Shown here in pieces: positions 25,939-34,612 of a DNA stretch of 64,000 nucleotides. Each line of letters opens with the position of its first letter. The first letter of the stretch is position 1. Position numbers and translations under genes: made by a program. Below the pieces are notes generated by a model. It saw nothing but the letters and a program-made list of their open reading frames with translations, made no database searches and was not told where the DNA came from. Source of the DNA: Sphaerochaetaceae bacterium (GTDB taxonomy: Bacteria > Bacillota > Clostridia > Oscillospirales > CAG-272). The stretch lies in contig CAVKJG010000001.1 in assembly GCA_963656825.1 (NCBI GenBank), positions 2,059-66,058 of the forward strand, given 5' to 3'.

Positions 25939-26385
25939 TTATTTTGTTCCGGTAGAGCCGAAGCCTCCCGCGCCTCTTTTTGTTTCATCGAGAGTATCGC
26001 TTTCCTCAAATTCCGCGCGGATATAAGGAGCTATCACAAGCTGGGCTATCCTTTCTCCCGCGGAGATTGTCTGAGGCTGTCCCGAATGATTGTGAAGCGA
26101 AACGATTATCTCTCCGCGATAGTCCGAGTCTATAACTCCGACCTTGTTTGCCGGAGCAATTCCGCGCTTTGACGCAAGTCCGCTCCTCGCATAAACAAGC
26201 CCCACAAGTCCGTCGGGAATCTGAACGGCAATTCCCGTGCCGACCATCACCGTCTGCTCCGGAGCTATGACAATGTCGCTGTCCGTCGCGGCGTAAAGAT
26301 CAGCGCCCGCGGCAAAATCGCTCGAATACACGGGAACCTTTGCCAGAGGACAGAGCTTTTTAAGCATTACTTTTTCGCACTTCAT
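25939..26385 (-). CDS. dut: dUTP diphosphatase
   Basis: GLVYARSGLA, GVIDSDYRGEI, RGAGGFGSTG. ATG 26385 follows AAAGGAAG; the ORF could extend to the TTG at 26391. Confidence 0.93.
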   Translation of the reverse strand: MKCEKVMLKKLCPLAKVPVYSSDFAAGADLYAATDSDIVIAPEQTVMVGTGIAVQIPDGLVGLVYARSGLASKRGIAPANKVGVIDSDYRGEIIVSLHNHSGQPQTISAGERIAQLVIAPYIRAEFEESDTLDETKRGAGGFGSTGTK

Positions 26386-26438
26386 ATGCAAACTTCCTTT
26401 TCTGTTTTATAATTATCCTTATGCCAAGCGGATTTTTT

Positions 26439-26456
26439 GTTTTATACAATAGTATA
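26439..26456. repeat. TTATAC-N4-GTATAA dyad, copy k (GTTTTATACaataGTATA)
   Basis: Perfect core. It overlaps the last codons and stop codon of the GH78-like gene, about 55 nt upstream of the dut start. Confidence 0.65.
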
Positions 26457-28526
26457 TTTTATCTCGCTCGGAATTTTTATATCGGCAGGCTTGCCTCTTT
26501 CCATATCGACGGTTATGTAGCCGTAGGGAGTCGGAATGCTGACATTTGCACTTTCAAGACCGTAAAGGCGCGGAGCAAGCTTTATCTCCTCAAAGCCCGG
26601 GCGAACCATTTCAAACCCGAGAAGCGCGAGCGGCAGATAATATGCCGGAGCGCATCCTCCGCCGTAGCAAAAGCCTTTCCCCTCGCTGTTCCATTCCCTG
26701 CCGACGCCGTTTTTGCATTTATCACCGAAATCCTTCCAGCGACGGATAATATTCATACCGTATTTTTCAAAAAGTCCGTATTGCCAAACGGTTTCGAGCA
26801 GGTACGCCGCAAACGCCGGCTGAACATCTCCGAGCGACTTGTCCGAGGCGGCTCTCAGCGCTATCTGCTTTGACGAAACGCTGTCGCACAGTCCGTAGAG
26901 CGACGCAAGAATATTCACATGGCGCGTGTAGTATTTTCTTCCCGTGTTTTTCGGAGCGCGGCACGGCTTTTTGTCCTTTGTCGAAAGACCTGCAAAGCAA
27001 AGCTGACGTTCTCTGTCAAAAAACGCCGCCTCAAAGCCTTTTTTCACGGCGTCGGCGCGAAGCCTGTACGCAGTGCGAAGCTTGTTGTTGCCTGTTTCGG
27101 CATAAATTTTCGACGCAATATCGAGCGCTTTGCAGTAAAGTGCCGTGACCACAGCCTGACCGAGCGCCTTCGGCGGATTTTCAAGGGAATAGCTGCCCGT
27201 TTTCATACTGTCCACCGGAGCGTAATCGGGCGGAGTGTCTATTATTTTCGCGTCCGAAAGGTAGGAGTCGAACGTATCGAGAAGCGTCGTCAGCGCATCC
27301 TCCGCAGCCTCAAAAATCGAGGCGTCGCCCGTGTACATATAATAATCCCATATCATCGGCACAAACGAAAGCAGTCCCGCCGAGTTTTCAAGCTCTCCGG
27401 CGGATTTTTTTATTCTTTCGGAAAGCTTTAGTATATCGAACCGCGCAAGCGATACATCTCCGAACGCAACCTGAGAAAACAGCGCTTCAAGGCGGATATC
27501 TCTTATCGCGGATATGAACTTTTTGCTTGTGGGGCTTTCGATATAAGAATCTCTGCGACAGTTTTCAAGCGTCCCGACGCAGTTTTGCCATATCGAGCAA
27601 AGCTCCCCGTCCGAGCAGGAAAACGCCGCTTTTCTGATGATCGGATATTCGCTGCGGATAAGCTGTACGTCAAAGATTTTCACATCGCTTTTTCCGTTGT
27701 TCGTAACGTTTATTATCAGCTTTGAAACGCCCGTGTACTGAATCGAAGCATAATTTATTCTGCCGCAGGCGTGAATTGTTTCCGTGCGCGCGGGGACATC
27801 GCCCTCCTCCGCAAGCTCAAGGGTTATTTCGTAATCGTCGCCGTCCGCGGAAAGCACGGGATAAGCGGTAAGAAGCGTCGGAAAAGCGACGCAGAAGCGC
27901 GCCATCGAATGTTTCGGGCAAACATACATCTCCTGCGGATCGGGAAGCACAATATGCTCAGACAGCGGCGGAATCGGCGATTTTACAAGCGCCGCCGGAT
28001 AATTTACCGCAACGGCCTTTTCCCATTCGCAGGGCGCGACGGTAAAATCGGTTTCGGTATCGCTTATATGGCACGGCAGATATCTTATATCCCATTTTTC
28101 ATCGGTGCAGATGCTTTCAAGTGTTCCGTCGTCATATTCTATATCGCACGAAAGTATGAACCCTCCCTCTCCGTGCGAGCTTTCAGCCTCGCTTTCGGGG
28201 GTTTTTCTCACCACAGCCTTTATCAGAAGCGTATCGGGCGCGGAAGGAAGCTCATATTCGGAATAAAAGCTTGCTTTGTCAAGCGGATATACAGGTCCCG
28301 AGCCGACAAACGCTCCGTTTATCCAAAGCTTGTATACGGTATCCGCCGACACCTGCACACGAAGCCTTACGCCCGTTTTCATCAGCCTGTAAGCCTTTGA
28401 AATCTCAGCTACGCAATATCCGCCGCCGGCGGATATACCGTCTGCATGGGCGCTCTCGTCGAGCCATATCCATTTTGCATCGGAAAGCATAAGCGCAGTC
28501 CCTCCTTTTCCGTTTTTCGCAGTCAA
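26442..28526 (-). CDS. glycoside hydrolase, alpha-L-rhamnosidase-like (GH78-type six-hairpin domain)
   Basis: The size and the C-terminal (alpha/alpha)6-like region resemble bacterial rhamnosidases. The call rests on pattern recognition only. Confidence 0.5.
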   Translation of the reverse strand: MTAKNGKGGTALMLSDAKWIWLDESAHADGISAGGGYCVAEISKAYRLMKTGVRLRVQVSADTVYKLWINGAFVGSGPVYPLDKASFYSEYELPSAPDTLLIKAVVRKTPESEAESSHGEGGFILSCDIEYDDGTLESICTDEKWDIRYLPCHISDTETDFTVAPCEWEKAVAVNYPAALVKSPIPPLSEHIVLPDPQEMYVCPKHSMARFCVAFPTLLTAYPVLSADGDDYEITLELAEEGDVPARTETIHACGRINYASIQYTGVSKLIINVTNNGKSDVKIFDVQLIRSEYPIIRKAAFSCSDGELCSIWQNCVGTLENCRRDSYIESPTSKKFISAIRDIRLEALFSQVAFGDVSLARFDILKLSERIKKSAGELENSAGLLSFVPMIWDYYMYTGDASIFEAAEDALTTLLDTFDSYLSDAKIIDTPPDYAPVDSMKTGSYSLENPPKALGQAVVTALYCKALDIASKIYAETGNNKLRTAYRLRADAVKKGFEAAFFDRERQLCFAGLSTKDKKPCRAPKNTGRKYYTRHVNILASLYGLCDSVSSKQIALRAASDKSLGDVQPAFAAYLLETVWQYGLFEKYGMNIIRRWKDFGDKCKNGVGREWNSEGKGFCYGGGCAPAYYLPLALLGFEMVRPGFEEIKLAPRLYGLESANVSIPTPYGYITVDMERGKPADIKIPSEIKYTIV

Positions 28527-28670
28527 TTAACTTTACCGCAAAACCGCGCAATTGTCAATATCGCATATAAATTATATCAATTGCAAAGCAAAATGTCAAC
28601 ACAGCCTTGTAAAATGAAAAAATCGGTGGTAAAATAATAAATGAAAGTAAAAATTTCAGGAGGATATAAC

Positions 28671-30419
28671 ATGGGAATAACATATCCGTCAAAAGCAATA
28701 GAATATATAAAGCGTCTTACCGATCCGAAGGTTCCCGTCACGGCAACGACAAAAAGCCCCATTCTGAAAGCCGCGCCGAAAAACACGGCGACAGAGCAGC
28801 CGTTTGAGCGCGCAAAGCCGGAGGAGGTAGGAATACCGTCCGGAAGAATAGCGGAATTTCTCCGCGAGCTTTACGAAAACCGAGATGTCGATGTTCACGG
28901 CGTCACAATAATAAAAGACGGAAAACTCATAGATCAGGCTATGTTCGGTCCGTATGAGGCGACGCTTCCGCAGTCAACCTTTTCGGAATGTAAAAGCGTG
29001 ATATCCCTTGCGATAGGAATACTCATAGGCGAAAAGCTTCTTACCCTTGACGAAAAAGTGGTGGATATAATTCCCGATATAAATCCCATAACGAAAAAAC
29101 GGTACGAAAAGCTCACCGTCGAAGATCTTCTCACGATGCGGTCAAGCTCATGCTTCAATGAAATAGGCGCGGCGGTAGAGGAAAACTGGGAAAAAGAATT
29201 CTTTACCATAGTGCCGTTCGGCAGCATAGGAAAAACGTTTTTCTACAACAGCCTGAACACCTATATGCTCGCCTGCATAGTACGTCACAAAAGCGGGGCT
29301 ACCGTAACCGAATATCTCCGCCCGAGGCTGTTTGAGCCGCTCGGCATAAATAATATATTCTGGGAAAAGAGCGCGCTTGGAACGGAATGCGGCGGCTGGG
29401 GACTTTACATCTGTCCCGAGGATATGGCAAAGCTCGGTCAGCTTGTGCTTTGCGGCGGCGTATGGAACGGAAAGCGTCTTATTCCGAAAAGCTATATAAC
29501 CCGCGCGACGAGAGCGCACGCCAAAGCTCCCGAGGATTACGGCGATTTCGATTACGGCTATCAGATCTGGGTGGGCAGAAATTCCGACTCGTTCCTGTTC
29601 AACGGCATGTTCGGACAGAATATGCTCTGCTTCAGAAACACAAATACAATAATCACGGCAAACGCCGGCAACTGCGAATTTTTCCAGCAGTCGCCATTCT
29701 GCCGCATATGCGAAAAATATTTCTCGTCGGACTCTCCAAACGCTCCCGTCCGCGACGATACTCCTTCCCTTGACGCAATGATAAAGCGTCTTGCAAGAAA
29801 GGATTTCCGCTACGAAGGCTTTCTTGCGGCGCGCAAGGACAGAAAGCAGGCGTCCGAAATGATAGAAGAGCTTGACGGCAGATTCTGCGCGCTTTCCGAG
29901 GGAAAAACCACGTCGATAAGCGTTTTCCCGGTGGCGCTTCAGGTCTGCGGAAACACCTTCGGCAAGGGTCTTGAAAAAATAGGCTTTGAAACAAAGGACG
30001 GAAAATTTATCGTTTCCTTCTTTGAAGGCGACGACGTAATTTCCGTGCCGGTCGGATTTTCCAATTATGAAAAAACCGAAATAAAGCTCGGAGAGCTTCC
30101 GTTCAGGGTTGCCGTTCACGGCAGATTTGCCGAAAACGAGGATTATCTTCCCGTGCTTAAAATAAAGCTTGACTTTATCGAAACGCCCTGCTCGAAAACG
30201 ATAAAGCTGATTTTTGACGGAAACGAAATTCACTATAGCCAGGACGAATTCCCCGGGGCAAGATTTATAAGGTACGGAATAAACTTCCTTTCGGATAATT
30301 TCATTTCAAAAGGCATCTTCGGGAAAATGAACCTTGACAAAAGACTTGCCGACGCGGATTATATTTCATACAGAGCGGAGGCAAAGCTATCGGCAAAGGC
30401 GGATTTTGTTTTAATCTGA
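28671..30419 (+). CDS. serine hydrolase, beta-lactamase/transpeptidase-like family with C-terminal extension
   Basis: CAGGAGGA RBS then ATG 28671. SxxK motif (SECKSV) in a beta-lactamase-family context. Confidence 0.7.
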   Translation: MGITYPSKAIEYIKRLTDPKVPVTATTKSPILKAAPKNTATEQPFERAKPEEVGIPSGRIAEFLRELYENRDVDVHGVTIIKDGKLIDQAMFGPYEATLPQSTFSECKSVISLAIGILIGEKLLTLDEKVVDIIPDINPITKKRYEKLTVEDLLTMRSSSCFNEIGAAVEENWEKEFFTIVPFGSIGKTFFYNSLNTYMLACIVRHKSGATVTEYLRPRLFEPLGINNIFWEKSALGTECGGWGLYICPEDMAKLGQLVLCGGVWNGKRLIPKSYITRATRAHAKAPEDYGDFDYGYQIWVGRNSDSFLFNGMFGQNMLCFRNTNTIITANAGNCEFFQQSPFCRICEKYFSSDSPNAPVRDDTPSLDAMIKRLARKDFRYEGFLAARKDRKQASEMIEELDGRFCALSEGKTTSISVFPVALQVCGNTFGKGLEKIGFETKDGKFIVSFFEGDDVISVPVGFSNYEKTEIKLGELPFRVAVHGRFAENEDYLPVLKIKLDFIETPCSKTIKLIFDGNEIHYSQDEFPGARFIRYGINFLSDNFISKGIFGKMNLDKRLADADYISYRAEAKLSAKADFVLI

Positions 30420-30482
30420 TGCAGCGAATAAAAAAGCGCCGCGCGGGTAAAGCTTTATCCGAAAGGGGGCGGTGCTTTTTGT

Positions 30483-30698
30483 ATGGAAAAAAACGAAAAA
30501 TATCTTATCAGAAACACAACGCGCGAGCAGCGCAAGGAGATAGTTTTACGCTCGCTCGGAAGCGAGGGCTGCAGCGGCTGCTCCGGATGCGACGGCATAG
30601 GCTGCGGCGACGCATTTGAAATATATCGTGAATATATAGAAGGTAAAAAGGAGCTTGCCGAAATAAACCGCGCATTTCGCGGCGGAACGGTAAGCTGA
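30483..30698 (+). CDS. small Cys-rich hypothetical protein (71 aa)
   Basis: The ORF is bracketed by two stem-loop terminators, has codon usage like the host, and contains CSGCSGCDGIGCG. No obvious promoter. Confidence 0.4.
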   Translation: MEKNEKYLIRNTTREQRKEIVLRSLGSEGCSGCSGCDGIGCGDAFEIYREYIEGKKELAEINRAFRGGTVS

Positions 30699-30700
30699 CG

Positions 30701-30745
30701 AAAAGGCACTGTAAAAACGTTATTTTACAGTGCCTTTTGCTTTTT
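30701..30745. terminator. bidirectional terminator between the small Cys-rich ORF (+) and the DHHW gene (-)
   Basis: A 14-bp perfect stem AAGGCACTGTAAAA / TTTTACAGTGCCTT with a T-run. Confidence 0.85.
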
Positions 30746-31844
30746 ATTTTATTGTTTCGCTGTTGTTGAGAACAAGCGTGCTGTAAAGGAACAGAACGTC
30801 GCTCCCCTCAAAGCTTACAAATCTGCCGAGATAATCGGGATTGATATAACGTATATCGACAAGCGTTATCTTCGCATAGCCCTCGACAAGCAAAGGCGCT
30901 ATACTGCTTCCGAACGAATCGCGGAAAATTATAAGCTCTTTGTCCGTCGTCGCGCTCGGATTTTCTATCGTCATAAGCGATACCGAGCCCGAAAGAAACA
31001 TCTGATAAGGGTCCTTGCCGTATGCTTTTTCCATATCGTACACGGTTGCTTTCTTACCCGTTTCGTAATTTGTGACTATGCAGCCGTCAAGAATATCGCT
31101 TGTAAGATATTTTATCGTTTCCGCAGGCATCGGGAGCGCCGCCTGACCGTAATAAACGCCGTAGAAAGCGTTGTCAAGCGTGTTTTCCCTGTACTGAGCG
31201 GCAAGCGTTACGCCCATTCCCGAGGCAAGCGTCCTTGCCGTATCGACAAGCTTTTCCTGCCGCCAGTGAGTGTCTGTCTTGTAATAGTCTGAAATTTCAA
31301 GCGTGTTCATTATGTCTATATACTGCGCATAGGTCATTTTGTCTTTCATTTCGGCTACAAGCTTTTCGTAATCCATTTTAAGATATCCGCCCTTGTCCGC
31401 AAGAAAATAGCTTTTGTCCGGAACTATCGAAAGATATACGCCGGAGGCTTTTCCCTCCATATATTTTTTGTAGACGTATTCAAATCTTCCGGCGGCATAA
31501 TCAAGCGATTTGTCATTCAGCGGATATTCTATCTTTGCCGCATAGCCGTCCTTTATATAAATGTCGTTGTTGTCAAGCTGTCGGAAAACGTAGTAGCTCA
31601 TCATGGCTTTCAGCGTTCTGAACTTCTCACGCAGAGGAAACTGATCCTGCGTGTAGGATTCAAACTTTGTCATAAAGCTGCCGTCAAGAAGCGTCTTTAT
31701 ATCGACCTTCGGAAGCTGGGCAAGCTCTCTGCGCTCGCTGTCGGAATACTGCTTTGAGGGCATCGCCCAGCAGGCGATGACCATCGTGGCAAAAAACACG
31801 GCGAGCATCGCAAAGGATATTATACTTTTTACTTTTTTATTCAT
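30744..31844 (-). CDS. DHHW-family protein (AlgX/DltD-like accessory protein of MBOAT O-acyltransferases)
   Basis: N-terminal TM anchor and a TDTHW motif. It lies immediately downstream of the MBOAT gene. Confidence 0.75.
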   Translation of the reverse strand: MNKKVKSIISFAMLAVFFATMVIACWAMPSKQYSDSERRELAQLPKVDIKTLLDGSFMTKFESYTQDQFPLREKFRTLKAMMSYYVFRQLDNNDIYIKDGYAAKIEYPLNDKSLDYAAGRFEYVYKKYMEGKASGVYLSIVPDKSYFLADKGGYLKMDYEKLVAEMKDKMTYAQYIDIMNTLEISDYYKTDTHWRQEKLVDTARTLASGMGVTLAAQYRENTLDNAFYGVYYGQAALPMPAETIKYLTSDILDGCIVTNYETGKKATVYDMEKAYGKDPYQMFLSGSVSLMTIENPSATTDKELIIFRDSFGSSIAPLLVEGYAKITLVDIRYINPDYLGRFVSFEGSDVLFLYSTLVLNNSETIK

Positions 31845-31856
31845 AACATACCTCCG

Positions 31857-33260
31857 TCAGAAGCGGAAATAAAGGAACGGATTGTATGAGCCGTCCACAA
31901 GGCAAGCCGTGCATACCGCAAGCAACAAACAAAGCACCACGGGTGCAAGGAAAGTCATTACCTTTCCGCCGACCTTGCTTTCGTCTATCTTATTTACAGC
32001 AAGCTTCGGAAGCGGCGTAGAGCCGATAATTCCGACAAGAAGCACCACGCCGTAGCTGCGCAGATAATAGATAAACTCCGTTGAAACAAGCGGATAATCT
32101 CCCGCGCCGAACATCGCGCCGATGTAAGAAAAGGCGTCCTTTATGCTTGCCGCGTCAAAGATAACAAAGCTTATCACTATAAGCAGCAGTACGTAAACGT
32201 GACTTATCACCTTGCTTTTTTTCAGATATTTCAGCAAAAACAGCTTTTCTACCATCAGTATTACCGCAAAGTAAACTCCCCATACTATGAAGTTCCATGC
32301 GGCGCCGTGCCACATTCCCGTGAGCATCCATACGACGAAAATGTTGAAAAGATGACGCGCCTTGCTTACTCTGTTTCCGCCGAGCGGAATATAAACATAG
32401 TCGCGGAACCATGAGCCCAGCGACATATGCCATCTGCGCCAGAACTCCGTAACGCTGCCCGAAATATAAGGATAATTGAAGTTTTCAAGAAAATCAAAGC
32501 CGAATATCTTTCCGAGACCTATCGCCATATCGCTGTAGCCGGAGAAATCGAAATAGATGTGAAGCGTATATGCCACGGCATAAAGCCAGAAAAACAGCAC
32601 GGATTTATCGCCCGAGCCTTTGAAAATATCACAAAGCTCGCCGAGAGTATTTGCTATCAGTATTTTCTTTGAAAGACCCAGTATGAATCTGCCCATTCCG
32701 GCGGATATTTTTTCAAATGAATGACTGCGGCTTTTAAGCTGCTGCGCTATATCGGAATAACGCACGATAGGCCCTGCGATAAGCTGCGGAAAAAGCGCAA
32801 CATATGTGGCAAGATCTATGGGATTTTTCTGCGCGGCAACATCGCCCCTGTAAACGTCAACCGTGTAGCTGAGTATCTGGAAGGTATAAAAGCTTATTCC
32901 GACGGGAAGTGTGATTTTGAGAAGTGGAATCGAAAGTCCCGTAACAGCATTGATATTTGAAATAAAGAAATCTGCGTATTTGAAATATCCCAGCACGGCA
33001 AGACTGCTGACAACCGAAAGTATCATAAACAGCTTTGATATGCCGCGCTTTTCCTTGAAGCGCTCTATCAGAAGTCCGAAAATATATCCGAGCGCAATGG
33101 AAAGTATCATCCATATAACGTATCTCGGCTCGCCCCAAGCGTAAAACACAAGGCTTGAAAGCAACAGTACCGTATTTTTAAGAAACCGCGGAGCCGCAAG
33201 ATAAAGCAATATCACGCACGGCAGAAAATAATATAAAAACGGAATACTTGAAAATAACAT
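31857..33260 (-). CDS. MBOAT-family membrane O-acyltransferase (AlgI/DltB-like)
   Basis: Polytopic protein with the FWRRWHMSLGSWFRDYVYIPLGGNR motif and a conserved His region. Confidence 0.9.
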   Translation of the reverse strand: MLFSSIPFLYYFLPCVILLYLAAPRFLKNTVLLLSSLVFYAWGEPRYVIWMILSIALGYIFGLLIERFKEKRGISKLFMILSVVSSLAVLGYFKYADFFISNINAVTGLSIPLLKITLPVGISFYTFQILSYTVDVYRGDVAAQKNPIDLATYVALFPQLIAGPIVRYSDIAQQLKSRSHSFEKISAGMGRFILGLSKKILIANTLGELCDIFKGSGDKSVLFFWLYAVAYTLHIYFDFSGYSDMAIGLGKIFGFDFLENFNYPYISGSVTEFWRRWHMSLGSWFRDYVYIPLGGNRVSKARHLFNIFVVWMLTGMWHGAAWNFIVWGVYFAVILMVEKLFLLKYLKKSKVISHVYVLLLIVISFVIFDAASIKDAFSYIGAMFGAGDYPLVSTEFIYYLRSYGVVLLVGIIGSTPLPKLAVNKIDESKVGGKVMTFLAPVVLCLLLAVCTACLVDGSYNPFLYFRF

Positions 33261-33325
33261 AAATCCACCTTTTTACATAGCTGCGGCACCGCACAAGCGG
33301 TGCCGCTCATACTTTTTGATTTCGG

Positions 33326-33997
33326 TTATCCGTCTATGGCGTTGTCAAGAAGAACCTTAGCCGACGTATCGACGGCAAGACATTTTGCCTTGAAGGTCGA
33401 AACCAGTTCCGCGTCGCCGAACGCAACTATGATATATTCGCCGACGGAAACCGCAGTGACTCTGTCCGGAAAGCCGCACATCCAGCGCGTGTTCTGAATT
33501 GCGGTGTTGTAGTCGGCAGCAAACTTTTCCGCCGTCGAAGCGTCTTTGAGACGGAAAATCGCGGAGCTGAACGTATTTGTGTTCATCATATGCATAAGCG
33601 TTGCCACGTCGTTTGTAACCGTTCCGAGAAGCTCGTCCGTAATGTGCGTGTAGACCTTGAGCGATTCTCTGCTTTCTTCGTTTTCCGTATCGAAAACGCC
33701 GGGACCGTCCTCCGAGCCGTTTTCCGCGTCACCGCCGCCGCAGGGGAATTTTTCATCGTCCGTATAGGAAGCCCAGATTTTGTTGAAAAGGTCAAGTGCG
33801 CTTGTATAAGCGGGAGTAACGGGAGTTTCCGTTTTCTCTGTTGTAGTGGTTGCTTCTGTTGTCGTAGTGGTGGTTGTTGCTTCTGTCGTTGTGCCGTTTG
33901 TCGATTCGCCCGGGTTTTCCTTATTTCCGCAGGAAACAAGCGCGAGTGTAAAAGCAAGCATAATGCCTGCAAGCAAAAGTGCAATAATTTTTTTCAT
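33326..33997 (-). CDS. lipoprotein of unknown function with Thr-rich linker
   Basis: Lipobox LALVSCG and a T-rich linker. It sits between the anti-sigma-like gene and the MBOAT gene. Confidence 0.6.
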   Translation of the reverse strand: MKKIIALLLAGIMLAFTLALVSCGNKENPGESTNGTTTEATTTTTTTEATTTTEKTETPVTPAYTSALDLFNKIWASYTDDEKFPCGGGDAENGSEDGPGVFDTENEESRESLKVYTHITDELLGTVTNDVATLMHMMNTNTFSSAIFRLKDASTAEKFAADYNTAIQNTRWMCGFPDRVTAVSVGEYIIVAFGDAELVSTFKAKCLAVDTSAKVLLDNAIDG

Positions 33998-34028
33998 TTT
34001 GATTTTTCCCTTTTCTATTAAATGTTTT

Positions 34029-34610
34029 TCAGTTTTTGCCCTCCGCAGCGGACAAAATCATACATTCCTGTTCGCTGTCATAGAAGGCTCGGATTATAAG
34101 TGTTTGCTTTTTTGACGTTACCGTCAGCTCAAACCGGCTTTCGTGCGAAATGTCAACCACCCATTCGATGTCGGTGCCGATTTTTATTTTGAGCGTTTCG
34201 CATTCTTCTCCGCTTTCGGTGCGTATCGCTCCGCCCTCAGACGCCGTGACAAAAGCGGTTTTCCCGTCTGCGTTTATCTTTACGGGAACCGTCATTTTTT
34301 TCACGTTCCGTGCGGACGGGTCTTCCGTCTGAGCGGAGATGAGCGGCAGCGTTATTTTGTCGCCTTCCGCCGAAACAATCTGCCCGTCTACGCTTATGTC
34401 AAGTCCGCCGTCTCTTCCGTAATTTCCGAAGAAAACAAGCGAAAACACAAGCACAAAGCACGCCGCGACAGCCGCCGCATATCTTGTAATTATTACGCGG
34501 TAGTCCGGCTTTTTCTTTTTTACGGGCTCGTGCGCCTCTGCAAGCAGGTCATCGTCTATCTCGGTGATAGCTCTTGCAAGAATTTCATTTTTCATATATT
34601 CTTTTTTCAT
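34029..34610 (-). CDS. single-pass membrane protein, putative anti-sigma factor
   Basis: It starts 2 nt after the ECF sigma stop codon. N-terminal cytoplasmic helix plus a TM helix. Confidence 0.5.
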   Translation of the reverse strand: MKKEYMKNEILARAITEIDDDLLAEAHEPVKKKKPDYRVIITRYAAAVAACFVLVFSLVFFGNYGRDGGLDISVDGQIVSAEGDKITLPLISAQTEDPSARNVKKMTVPVKINADGKTAFVTASEGGAIRTESGEECETLKIKIGTDIEWVVDISHESRFELTVTSKKQTLIIRAFYDSEQECMILSAAEGKN

Positions 34611-34612
34611 TT

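Noticed and set aside
13144-26456. Whether the TATAC-N4-GTATA dyads are sigma-A promoters, since TATACT serves as the -10 element of the pfp promoter and the reverse strand reads GTATAAT or GTATAAA.
   Set aside because: For each copy I checked the hexamer 16-19 nt upstream in both orientations and found no consistent TTGACA-like -35 element. Several copies (for example 25872 and 15716) face only convergent gene ends, where no promoter is needed.
28540-28600. An imperfect inverted repeat with two CAATTG cores in the divergent intergenic region between the GH78-like and beta-lactamase-family genes, considered as a shared operator.
   Set aside because: The arms do not align without a 3-nt indel, and no regulator gene is adjacent. 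The AT-rich promoter region makes chance symmetry likely.
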